This document shows, piece by piece, positions 13,771 through 25,734 of a stretch of DNA of 64,000 bases. Each line of letters starts with the position of its first letter. Position 1 is the stretch's first letter. Source of the stretch: Eledone cirrhosa (lineage: Eukaryota); NCBI GenBank assembly GCA_964016885.1, contig OZ024741.1:239754001-239818000 (forward strand), written 5' to 3'. The translations under genes were made by a program, and so were the position numbers. The notes below the pieces were generated by a model, which saw only the letters and a list, made by a program, of their open reading frames with translations, searched no databases and was not told the origin of the DNA.

Positions 13771-13784
13771 CTATATATATATTC

Positions 13785-15060
13785 CCATGTTAACTCCACT
13801 ACAAGTAATTTATCTTTCCTTCCCTCTTTCCTATTTTGTTTTCTTATACTTTTGTTCCTGTCTTTCATCTCATATTTTCACTTCATAGCAGTAGCCCAAT
13901 ATTTCTCTTTTTATTTTTATTTCCAATCCTATTCATGTATCACAGATCATAACTACTCAACCATACCACCTAACATTAAATTAAATAACAATATATCTCC
14001 TCTAACTATCTATCACTCTTCAATCCAGTCCATTCTGCTAGTAGTATGCTTGTCAACATAGCCTCATATTTATTGCATATTTGCCCTAACTTAATTTTCC
14101 ATGCACCCACAACTTCCCGTTCTTATTTTTCTTTAGACACAATCATCAAATGTAATAACTTCTTTGCTTGTTCGAGACTAATCAAATGATTAGTGTTATT
14201 GCCATTCTATTCAGCATCTTAAATTAGTATCTTTTTTGAGTTGGTTCAGTTATATAACTATAAAGTAATAGTGATTACTGTTGTGAGGAAGCATAGGGGC
14301 TAACTTTTGCATCTCCACTTGAATCCGGACTGAATCTTCCAGCACAGATATTTACCTGTTTTATGTCTAGCCAAAAAATACAGAGATTCTCTCATACACA
14401 ATCTTAGCATGTTCACACAGTACCACGTCACGATGTAAGAGAACGTGAAAGACCCACAAACTCTGATGTGATGTCATTAGCCCCTTGCTTCCAACAAGAC
14501 CTCCCCTGTACTTCCAGTACCCTAACCCCACAATTACTAACACATATCAATAATAGTCTTTTGATATTGACTCCTAATTCAAGGATAATGGACCAATCTC
14601 CTTACAAATAGATGTAATAATAATTACTATTTCTAGGAGGTTGTCTAATGTTAAAGTTACCTGTAGCTTATTATGCTAAGCAAGCAATTGCATAATAAAT
14701 ATATTACAGGCAGGAATAAATCAGTATAGGAGAATACTGCAATTGTATAAAATCATGAACCTTGTGTTGTTAAAAAATAAGAAAAGTCTAAATAAAAAGC
14801 AATTATCTGGGAGGTATTGTTGTGATCAATAGATAAATATAAAAAAAAATTACAGGTTACTTTTGAACATCAGAATTGAGAAAAAAAAAATTTGAAAATT
14901 CACTTGAAAATAGAAAATTCAGTATCTGTTGCTTATAGAAATTATACATATTGGAAGAGGTTTTACCTAATCATTTGGTAGCATCTGTTATGAGGTAAAG
15001 ATGTGTCAATGAGACAGAATTCCATGCAAACTTTAGTACTGCGGTGAGTATTAAAAACCT
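13785..15060 (+). repeat. About 1.27 kb local duplication, copy 1 (uninterrupted)
   Basis: Colinear and highly similar to 19500-19711 joined to 23892-24952. Confidence 0.9.
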
Positions 15061-15439
15061 AACTCAAAATAGTTATGGAGAAAGAAGACATTATTAGTCA
15101 ATGACCTTCATCCTTACGGGGTCGATAAAATAAAGTACCAGTAATGCACTGGGTCATTGCTGGCCTTGTGCTAAAAGTAGAAACAATTATTAGTCAATGA
15201 CTAGTAATATTTTGTTTTTTCGCCAAGCACAAGAGATAACTTTAGCCATGTTGTGTTGTCAGCAGCCCATCATTAAAGCATAACCTTCACTTTATTTGCT
15301 AAAGTAGTGATGAAATATTAACTGAATAAATGTAGAAGGTTGGTTGGTGAATAGAATTGTTTAAAAAATATATTATTCTTCATTATTCTGAGAGTGTGCC
15401 CAATGATTAGAGGTGTTAGCTGAAGTATGCTGGAGAAGC

Positions 15440-15860
15440 ATCATCATCATCATCATCACTGTTTAACATCCATATTCCATGTTAGCATGGGTTAGACGAG
15501 TTGTTCCGTTGTAAGGCAAATCAGTTCAGGTAACAGTGTTTTGCTCATACAAAACTGTTTCTAGCTTAGTTTCTGCAGCTGGATGCTCTTTCTAACACTA
15601 ACTACATTTACAATGTGGACTAGGTGCTTTTTATCGTGGCACCAAAACAACAGGTTGGACTGGGTACATTTTCATCATATCATCAGTACGATCACATTAC
15701 AGGGTGGATTGGGGGCTTTTTGTCATGTCATCAACATGACCAAAGTACAGGATGACTTGGGGGCTTATTTGTCATGTCACCAACACAATCACCTTCCAGG
15801 GTAGAATAGGTACTTTTTTGTAATGTGACCAACATGACCACCTTAGGAGTAGACTGAGAG
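15440..15860 (-). mobile_element. Old RTE-type 3' UTR module with degenerate ~44-nt subrepeats
   Basis: (CAT)n, ggatgctcttctaacacta motif, repeated accacnttacagngtggactgggngctttt units. Confidence 0.6.
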
Positions 15861-16353
15861 CTTTTAGCCATTTCAGCAGCATTGTGGGAGAGTGTGACTA
15901 GCTTTCCATGCTTTTTTGCATGGGTTGGGTAAGAGAGTTGTATGAGATGTGGAAAGCGGAGCTTGAGGGTGGATGTTGTGCATGTATGCAAGGTAGAGTT
16001 TAAGGAGGTAGGTCTAAGGTGGGGTACTCAACTGTTGAGGAGTGGAGTATTATGATGTGGGAGGTGTATGGATGGGGTTGGGGAGAGGAGAGAAAGAAGA
16101 CAGTTGTGCAAATGCATACATTAGATGTGAATCTACAATAAGTGTTTGTGTAAATGGTTATATGTTGTCAGTGATGGGTACTTATGGCTACCAAGTAAAA
16201 CCTACAAACTGTGAGGCTAAGTCTCATGATGCTAGGCCTAATGGAATAGAGGAGGAAAGACTAAGGTAATTGCTCATATGATGTATGTAGACTCATCCAA
16301 ACCACAACAGCCTTGAAAAATGAACAGTGATAGTGACTGTGCTGTCTCTAGAA

Positions 16354-16646
16354 CAGAGGTTCTCAAACTTTTTGGGCCACCGCCCCCCTCACGGCCATGT
16401 AATATCCTCAGCCCCCCCCCCCCCCCCTATTTCCAGAGAGACCTGCCTACACGCAAATTGTAAATAATGTATAATAAATAATATAATATATACTATGTAT
16501 AAATAAATATATATTTTTTATTTTACTATATTTATATATATGTATTTGATATTCAATATACTATTATATCATCTCTACCACCCCCTTAGCCCCTGAACCT
16601 TTTCAACCCCGCCCGGAGGCAGTAGCACCCACTTTCAGAACCTCTG
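16354..16646. mobile_element. hAT (Charlie-like) MITE
   Basis: TIRs cagaggttctcaaact / actttcagaacctctg; exact 8-bp TSD CTCTAGAA at 16346-16353 and 16647-16654. Confidence 0.9.
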
Positions 16647-16750
16647 CTCTAGAAGATAGAATAAACTATAAACAAAACTCAATTCCAACTCCTTTGAACT
16701 ATATAAATCAAAATAGATCTCATTCACAGAAATGAAGTAGGAGGTCTTAC

Positions 16751-16853
16751 CTGTTGGGATTTGGTCATTCTAATTTGACTCTGTACATAAGCTTTGTGCT
16801 GTTTTTATAACATTCAGCTGTTAATTTCACAATATTAAATATTTGTTGGGCTT
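16751..16853 (-). other. Possible spliced exon (non-coding or 5' UTR)
   Basis: Minus strand: pyrimidine tract+TAG acceptor and CAG|GTAAG donor; all three frames contain a stop. Confidence 0.3.
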
Positions 16854-17404
16854 CTATAGGAATAAGAAGGAGCAAATTACTTTTGTTATGATTTGTGCCA
16901 TGTAGATGTTCTCTGACATATTTCTATACAGACACTGATCATATCCTGGATGAGGGTGCAAATCCTAGTGTAAGATATTTCCTTCACTAGTATTATCATT
17001 TTAAAGCCAATATATGCAGTTCATTCTTAAAGTGGTGACATGAAACCCATTGACCTCAATTGCCAATACAATGAAAGGAGGAAATATTTAAAAGTACTTC
17101 TGATAAGTGTTATGAATAATTTGATGTAAAAAACATTGTTTTATACTTAGAATTATAACCTATCCCATATCTCCAAAAAATACTTGTATTGCCTATATCA
17201 TGCTTCAGTTTTTATTTTTTCCAACTGTCTTTTATGCTACCCTTTGACTTATCTTTGTTATCAACAGTCTTTTCTTCATTCTTTGCTGTGTCTTCTCATT
17301 TTCTGCCACTTCTACTGATGTGTTATCTTCATTGGCTTGTCTTTATGAACATCTTTTGTTGCTGTTACTATCAGCTCTTCTTTGTATTCTATAACTACTG
17401 GAGG

Positions 17405-17610
17405 GATTGGTAGATTTGTTAGAACATCTGACAAATGCTTAGCAGTATTTGTTCCTGCTCTTTATGTTCTGTGTTCAAATTTTGTCAAGGTCAACTTTAT
17501 CTTTTGTTTTTCTGGTGTTGATAAAATAAAGTACCAGTCAAGAATTGGTTTGATGTAATCGACTTTTACTTCAGCTCAAAATTGCTGGCCTTGTGCCAAA
17601 ATTAGAATCT
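17405..17610 (+). mobile_element. Degenerate tRNA-derived SINE
   Basis: gttcaaat B-box-like motif, gataaaataaagtaccagt, gctggccttgtgccaaaattagaa as in the intact copies. Confidence 0.7.
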
Positions 17611-18107
17611 GTTATGTAACTCCTGCATTTAAAAAAAATGAATAACAATATATCATGTTTTTAGTATTCTAATACTTGTATTCACTGAATTTGCTTGACT
17701 ATTTGAGCAGAGGTTAGCAGATGTATTCAGATCATTGCCGTAATCATTTTACGGAGTGTAAAGAGTTTATATAAAAAATATTTCTTCTTTGGTTGATTTT
17801 AGATTCATAGCAGCATTTTTATTTCCTTTTTTTTTCAGAAAACTAATTTAAAATGTATTTGATAAATTTAAAAACTATAAACCAATGTTGTTAACATTAA
17901 AATTATTAAAAAAAACTCTGTAATAAGTTAAAAACTCTTATTTGATTACCTATTATATTTGACTACCTATTATAAAATGTCTGGACATTTTATATCTTAT
18001 GCTATTGTTGTTTCCAAAGTGTTCAAAGTAACATGTCCTTGACACATAAGTCAAGAGCCTTTAAATTATTTCAATATAGTATTATTTATCATTATGATTG
18101 TGACAAT

Positions 18108-18310
18108 GGTGGTGGATTGGCAGAAAAGTTAGTGTTAGAGAAAACACTACGCAGAATTTATCCCAGCTCTTTAAATCTTCAAATCAAACTGAAGTCAACT
18201 TTGCTTTTGATTCTTCCAGGGTTGATAAAATATAGTACTAATCAAGTCCTGGGATTATTGTGATCATCACCCCCAAAAACTGCTAGCCTTCTGTCAAAGT
18301 TAGAATCCAT
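18108..18310 (+). mobile_element. Degenerate tRNA-derived SINE
   Basis: ggtggtggattggcag head; gggttgataaaatatagtact; gctagccttctgtcaaagttagaa. Confidence 0.6.
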
Positions 18311-18399
18311 TAAAAAAAACACACAATATTAGTCTTATTTATTTTCTCAAAATACCAGTCAGCTGCAAAAGTTTAAAATGACAGCTATTTTAGATTTAT

Positions 18400-18860
18400 A
18401 AAATGATGTAATTGGAGAAAAGTATGTTTGGAATTACATCAGTGCTCTTAGCATTGCTAATACTCAAAAGACAAAGGCCTGGAAATGTTATTATGAGAGA
18501 TTGATGAATGTTAAGAATGAGAGGAAGGAAATACTACCCTGCAGTAAACTCAAAAGCAGGAATTGCTACCAATTGACAGTTATAGGGTGAACGAAGCAAT
18601 GAGAAAGATGAAAAATGGAAAAGCTGGTAGATTGTCAGAGATAGTCACTGAGATGTTGATATCATTTGGTGAAGTAGGAGTCAAGGTGGTCATCTGAATA
18701 GTCAATCAGATAATACATGATGATGTCATACCTTATGATTGGCACAACAGGATAATCATTAATTGTTACAAGAAAAAAATGATGCTCTAAAAGGAGGAAC
18801 TACATAGACATAACTCTACTTAGGTAAAGAGTCAAGTTAGATGAGATGAAGTTTGTTTTT
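18400..18860 (+). mobile_element. Highly degraded RTE RT fragment
   Basis: Remnants of KAWKCYYERLMNVKNE, MKNGKAG, IINCYK. Confidence 0.65.
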
Positions 18861-19423
18861 GTGGTTGAGGTTAGGAAGGGCTTTCAGCCATAGAAGCCAT
18901 ACTAAGGACAGGATGTAACTTTGACAGGAGACCCAAATGATGTATGCCCAAGCATCTGACTAGCATCATTTTATGACTCATTTCACCATGATTGCATAGG
19001 AGGTCAGATCTACGGCATGTTGCCAATCATCATGGTCCTTGAGTATCTCATCTATGAGGTTTATCTTTTTGAGGTCGGTCATTATGCATCCAATTAAGAA
19101 AATTGTTACAAAAAGATTAAATGCCTCATTATTTGTTCTGGCTCTCTGCACTATGAACCCAAATTCTGCTGAGGTCAACTTCTTGAGGTTGATAAATAGC
19201 ATATCAGTTGAGTGACAGTGTATAGGTGAAAATGTTAAAGAGTCAGATATGATGCTTTGCATTATCTGCTCCAGCTCTGAGCATTCTGAGTTCAAAAATC
19301 TTACGTCTTGTCATCAGGATAGCAGTGACACTTCTGCCAGGAGTTGTGACTGACAAATAGTATCAACAATGGAAAGACCAATGGAAACAGTTTCCATGTC
19401 TTAATTTGATGTTGGACTTCTTT

Positions 19424-19496
<73 letters not shown>

Positions 19497-19817
19497 CTTG
19501 TTAACCTCATTAAAAATAATTTCATTTTCTTCCCTCTTTCCTATTTTGTTTTCCTTTCCTCTTTCCTTTTGTTCGTCATTCTTCTCATAACTTCACCCCA
19601 CAGCAGTAGCCAAATATTTCTCTTTTCATTTTTATTTCATTTTTATTTCCAATCATATTCATGTATCACAGATCTTAGTTACTCAACCATACCACCTAAC
19701 ATTAAATTAAAGTAGCAGAAAAACCGCCCGCGGGCGGTTTTCTGCTAGCATATGTAGTATGCATATTGGTACTATACACAAATATATATATATGTAAATT
19801 GAAAAGTAAATTGATAT

Positions 19818-20410
19818 CTTCTTCTTTTTCGCCCACTTATTTCTGAGCGGGCCATGGAGGCAGAGTCCTTCTCAAATACTCCTTCCAGCGAGTCTGTCAG
19901 AAGCAAACATCTCTAACTGATCCAGCTGGATCCAAAAGCATTGCCTGTAAAATGTGTCCAGCGATTCTTTACTGAGACATTCTAACCACATGCTCATAAT
20001 ATCAGAGTTGTGATCTCTCAATTCAGAGAAGTAGCGGCTCTACCAGGAGTGACTCTCTGGTCTCTGAGCTATGCACTTTATCAAGTAACGTTATTCCAAA
20101 GACCCTTCGGAGGAATCCCATTTCTGCCGCTTTTATTTGCAATTGTATTCTTTTGGTCATTACTCAAGATTAATGATCCTCGGTAAGAGTTGACGGGAAT
20201 ACCAGGAAGACTGTGAGTTTGCCCCCCCCCTTCATCTGATTGCTGAGGCTGGCACTTTACTGTATCAGCTTTTGCAATTCTTGCACTGAATTCAGCCTCC
20301 TGCATTCCATCACTCATGAACATGGCTCCAAGATACTTGAACTTCTCTAACTGCTTCAGTAGAACTCCATTCACATGTATATAAATTTGAGGGACTTCTG
20401 TCCACCCGTC
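19818..20410 (-). mobile_element. RTE (third family, BovB-like) 3' fragment
   Basis: IHVNGVLLKQLEKFKYLGAMF..SARIAKA; short (AAG)n-like end. Confidence 0.7.
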
Positions 20411-20564
20411 TATCACACAATGTGTATGTGTGTGTAAAAGGAAGGAAAGGGATACACACATATATGTCTCTAACCTAAAAACAGTGACACACACACATAT
20501 GTCTCTAATTTAAGAACACCGACAAAATCACGTGCACACACATACATACACTGTCCTATTACCA

Positions 20565-21175
20565 CTTAAGAGCTTTGGCCCGGCCAAACATCCCCTCAAT
20601 TTTGGAACTGTCTGGGTTGTCCAGAATTGATGGGAAAAGACTTGATGGTCTTACTCTGTGCTCCTGGTCAAGAGGCAGGTGCTTTACCTGGGACGTCACA
20701 ATTAGGGATTCTTTTGCCTCTTCCCACATCTTGGATGCAGCGGTAAGGGCGAGAGCTACAGCATCTGCAGCTGAACGGAACAAAATCTTAAAATACTGTG
20801 CTCTGTCAGCTAACTACATTATCTAGCCTATGGCATTCGAGACGTTTGGGGGAGTCGGGCAACTGACAGCGAGGTTCTTATCTTCACTGGGGGCTCGCCA
20901 AACAAAGGTAACTGGTGATGCTCGTGAGGGAACTTGGTTGTTGCAGCACCTCAGCCTCGCCATCACCCCAGGTAACGCTGCGAGTGTGCTGGCTTGCCTC
21001 AAAAATTATCAGAGAGTTTTCCCGGTGCTCCTCCCTATATTGTTATCTTTTGCTCTGGTAGCGTCTTGTTTGTCCACCCCTTTTGCCTGCCTTTTGTTGA
21101 TGTGGTCCTAGATGTGGGTATTACTTGCTTGTGTATTTTTCTCTTTCTTTTTTTCCTTTCCCTTTCCTTTGTATA
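20565..21175 (+). mobile_element. CRE-like non-LTR retrotransposon 3' fragment (restriction-like endonuclease)
   Basis: DGKRLDGLTL..W..GRCFTWDVT..AAERNKILKY..P.AFETFG..LQHLSLAI..GNAASVL, one in-frame stop. Confidence 0.75.
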
Positions 21176-21181
21176 TATATA

Positions 21182-22267
21182 CTAGCAGAGGTACCCGGCG
21201 TTGCTCGGGTATTAAATAGCAGTTGTGTATACCATTTATGTCAATACTTCAGTGCTGCTTCGAAAACTATACTTTTACAAAATCGGCTTTTTCCAAAAGG
21301 GGGTTCCTGCCCCCAGGGGTCCCCTACTCAATATGTGCCAATTTTGAGAGTTCACATTCATCTGTAGGACAAACGTAGCCCATGTGTCAAGTTTTGTGAA
21401 AATCGGTTGTGAACTCCAGAAGTTATGATGTTTAGTTGCATTGCACTGCAGTGCTTCAGTCAACTCCAAGGAAGTGGTTAAAGGGGGTTATCTGCCGGGA
21501 GGCCCTATAGATCAATATCTGTAAAAATGAAAGTGCCCATGACCATCCGGAGTGCATAAGTAACATATGTCTTAAGTTTGGTGAAAATACTGTAGAAATG
21601 CATAAGGTTAATACACGCACGCGTTCGTGTGTGTGTGTGTGTGTGTGGGGGGGGGTATGTATTTGTGTGAGCGTATGTATGCGTATGTCCGTCGGGACAT
21701 ACGTATGTACTGGCCTAAATCTTCACTATTTACTTTTACTATTTTAATAACCTCTGTCATTTTCGTTTTCAATTTTATTTACATCATTCTTAAACTCCGT
21801 GGCTGGAAATCATTCTGTTATGTTAAATAGAATATTAGTCTAACGACTCCATTTATACCATAAACTTGGTCTTGTCTTTGCATGAAATTGTTCTTCATGC
21901 TCCACATAACGACGTATTATCCTCGCCCCCCCCCCCCCCCCCCCCCCCCCGTTCATTGCCAGGGAACGTCTTCACGAACCAAAATATCGTCTTCCTGTTT
22001 TCGTTCGGCTGGAACGTTGCTCGAAATATTGACTTCTGCGTTCACAGATTACTCTCAGTTCAATTTGAATGGGAAATTCCTGTTTCATCGATTTTCTCAG
22101 TAACCATGGAAGCTTGTACCCTAAAAGTCGACCCAATGCCTCTTCGGGTCAATCTGCATAACTGTGTAAATTTTCGCTGCATTCCACCGAGCCATTTCGA
22201 CGTTTATCCGACTACACCTACTTACTTAAATATACAACGTCCGACCACTTCCAATTTATATAGTAGA
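21182..22267 (-). mobile_element. Non-autonomous Helitron
   Basis: Minus strand A|TCTACTATATAAA ... cccgagcaacgccggg hairpin-tacctctgCTAG|T. Confidence 0.8.
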
Positions 22268-22746
22268 TATTTGTTAGTGTTTTTGTTCTGTAAGCATTAT
22301 ATTAAATTTTTATACAAATGAGTTTTAAAAAAAGAGTTTAACTGTGTTGTTAATAAATAAATAAAATGTTATACTTGTTTTACCCTCCCATTTCCAATTC
22401 ACCGAACGCTGCTATCATGACTGTATGTGTAAATGTATATGTGTGAATGTGTGTTTGTGTAAATGTATATGTGTGAAAGTATGTATATTTGTGTGAATGT
22501 ATGTCCGTGAGCGCGTATTTTTATAATTTTGTGTTTGCGTGATTATAGTTATATACTCATAGATGTATGTATGTGCACATACACACACATACGCGTCAGC
22601 GTGTAGAAAGTCATAATCACTCTATCTGTATATCTCACATCACACACTCTCTCTTTCTATATATATAGTAGTTGAAGATGGTGGTGGTAGCGGCGATATA
22701 CTAGATGTGTAGAAATTTGAAACTTTGAAAAGAAGTCAATTTTAAA

Positions 22747-23723
22747 TCTCTATATATAAAACTGAGGTTGTCTGTCTGTCTGTCTACTAAAACCTTCGGC
22801 ACACATCTTGTCCGTACGTTCAAATTTCGGTTAAATTGCTACACTCATAGATGAAGATCCGGCGGAGACATCGGTCAAAACATTTTTCAAATCGACCCAC
22901 GCCAAGTGCAAAAATCGAATTTGTAATGTATTGATTTTTCATTTCAAATGTATAAATAGAGATGAGAGACGAGTTATTTCCCTTTTATGGCGTCATTTGC
23001 TTATCTATTTATGTTACGTATAAACGACGCGGTGGACCGAGAAGAACAATTTCATGCAAAGACAAGACTAAGTTTATGGTGTAAATGGAGTCGTTAGCCC
23101 AATATTCTATTTAAAATAACCGAATGATTTCCAGCCTCGGAGTTTAAGAATGATGTAAATAAAATTGTAAATGAAAATGACAGGTTATTAAAATAGTCGT
23201 TTCTAATTTTGGCACAAGGCCAGCAATAATCCAGTACATTACTGGTACTTCATTTTATCGACCCGTTAGGATGAAAGGCAACGTTAACCTCGACGGGATT
23301 TTAGCTTTGCCTTAACATAGTAAAAGTAAATAGTGAAGATTTAGGCCATTACATACGTATGCGCCGACGAACATACACATACATATACATACGCACGCAC
23401 ACAGACACAGGCACACGCACGCACTGTCAATACTGTCAATACTGTCCCGGCAGATAACCCCCCCTGCAGTGCAATGCAAAAAAACGTCATAACTTCTGGA
23501 GTTCGCAGCCGATTTTCACAAAACTTGATACATGGGCTACGTTTGTTCTACAGATGAATGTGAACTCTTAGAATTGGAACATATTGGGTAGGCAACCCCT
23601 GGGGGCAGGAACCCCCTTTTGAAAAAAGCCAATGATTTTGTAAAAGGATAGTTTTCGAAGCAGCACTGAAGTATTGACATAAATGGTATACATAAGTGCT
23701 ATTGTGGTATACATAAATGCTAG
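22747..23723 (+). mobile_element. Non-autonomous Helitron related to 21182-22267, opposite orientation
   Basis: A|TCTCTATATATAAAA..(GTCT)n ... CTAG|T; 23075-23690 is largely the reverse complement of 21225-21865; carries a SINE piece at about 23200-23300. Confidence 0.65.
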
Positions 23724-23891
23724 TAAGCAATAACATTTTACTAAATTTAATAAAGAATTACGAAATTATGTACATAAATTATGTAATATTCATTCATTAT
23801 TTATTCAAAGTAATTCAACTTATTTTACTAACTGGATTAAAAGAAATAAACTGTACGCAGTCCCGCACTCCTTACTTTATTATAGTTTAGA

Positions 23892-24952
23892 TAACAAAAT
23901 ATCTCCTCTTACTATCTATCACTCTGCAATCCAGTCCATTCTGCTAGTAGTATTCTTGTCACCATATTTATTGCATATTTGCCCTAACTTGATTTTCCAT
24001 GCACCCACAACTTCCCATTCTTATATTTCTTTAGACACAATCATCAAATGTAATAACTCCTTTGCATGTTAGAGACAATCAGATAATTAGTGATATGCCA
24101 TTCTACTCATCATTAAATTAATATGCCTTTGAGTTGGTTCAGTTATATAACTATAAAGTAATAGTGATTACTGTTGTGAGGAAGCATAGGGGCTAACTTT
24201 TGCATCTCCACTTGAATCCAGACTGAATCTCCCTGCGTAGATGTTCACCTGTTTTACATCCAGCCAAAAAATACAGAGATTCTCTCATACACAATCTTAG
24301 CATGTCCACACAGTACCGCGTAATGATGAAAGAGAGCGTGAAAACCCACAAACTCTGATGTGACATCACTGGCCCCTCGCTTCCGGCAAGACCTCCCCTG
24401 TACTTCCAGTACCCTAACCCCACAATTACTAACATATATCAATAATAGTCTTTTGATATTGACTCCTAATTCAAGGATAATGGACCAATCTCCTTACAAA
24501 TAGATGTAATAATAATTACTATTTCTAGGAGGTTGTCTAATGTTAAAGTTACCTGTAGCTTATTATGCTAAGCAAGCAATTGCATAATAAATATATTACA
24601 GGCAGGAATAAATCAGTATAGGAGAATACTGCAATTGTATACAATCATGAACCTTGTGTTGTTAAAAAATAAGAAAAGTCTAAATAAAAAGCAATTATCT
24701 GGGAGGTATTGTTGTGATCAAGAGATAATTATAAAAATAAATTACAGGTTACTTTTGAACATCAGAATTGAGAAAAAGGAAAATTTGAAAATTCATTTGA
24801 AAATAGAAAATTCAGTATCTGTTGCTTATAGAAATTATACATATTGGAAGAGGTTTTACCTAATCGTTTGGTAGCATCTGTTATGAGGTAAAGATGTGTC
24901 AATGAGACAGAATTCCATGCAAACTTAGTACTGCAGTGAGTATCAAAAACCT
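23892..24952 (+). repeat. Local duplication copy 2, right part (left part 19500-19711)
   Basis: Matches 13986-15060. Confidence 0.9.
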
Positions 24953-25129
24953 TGTTGTGATCACAAGATAATTATTACAATCATAGCGGGCAAACCTTTT
25001 TTCTTATTGATGTGCAGAACTATCAATAGCAGTTATGCAACTCCATACCATTAGTCTCAGAAAAGCACATCAATTCTGCCATCTATCTTATACATATATA
25101 TATATACATACATATATACTAATAGATTT

Positions 25130-25510
25130 ATGAAATCACACTACCACAAGATGTTTTGTGCATCTATGTCATTAATATATGCAACACAAACAAAAGGGGA
25201 CCAAGAACAGATCTCTGTGGTATACCAGATGTCATCTCATAGTGTGAAGAATGCTGTAACTATTTCTTTTCGACTGAGAATGAAGGACTTTAACCAGTTA
25301 TAAAGATCATTTCTCACACCCATTGCAGAGAGTTTTGTCATAAGTCTTTTGTGTGGCATAGAATTAAAAGCATTAGGAAAGTCAAGATAAATAACATCCA
25401 CCCATGAACCGCCATCAGTGATTTGGGTAATGTCTTCAAGAAACTCAAGTTCATTACAGCTGCTGGAGTTAGGGATAAATCCAAATTGCGAGGGTTAGAC
25501 GGGCTGTGAT
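25130..25510 (-). mobile_element. Degenerate CR1-like RT fragment
   Basis: VDVIYLDFPNAF and TSGIPQRSVLGPLLFVLHINDID on the minus strand. Confidence 0.7.
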
Positions 25511-25734
25511 GTTATGAGACATGTCAGCCAGATAACCATGTGTTGCTCATATGGATCTGTTTTTGAGTTGGTTTCTACAGCCAGATGCCCTTTCTAATGC
25601 CAACCATGTTACAGTGTAGACTCGATGCTTTTTTATCTTGATACCAGCATGACCATCTATTGGGTTGACTGGGTGCTTTTTGTCATGTACAAGCATGACC
25701 ACCTTTCAAAGCAGACAATATATATACATATATA

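Larger units (their letters stand above)
19712..23891 (-). mobile_element. Composite non-autonomous Helitron insertion carrying nested elements
   Basis: Minus strand A|TCTAAACTATAATAAAG ... GC hairpin-CTAC|T; inserted between A and T with no TSD relative to the empty paralogous site at 13985/13986. Confidence 0.8.

Noticed and set aside
15590-15860. CRISPR-like regularly spaced repeats
   Set aside because: Degenerate RTE UTR subrepeats without unique spacers; eukaryotic context and no cas genes
17210-17400. K/E/D-rich coding-like stretch on the minus strand
   Set aside because: Stops or frameshifts and no clear splice sites
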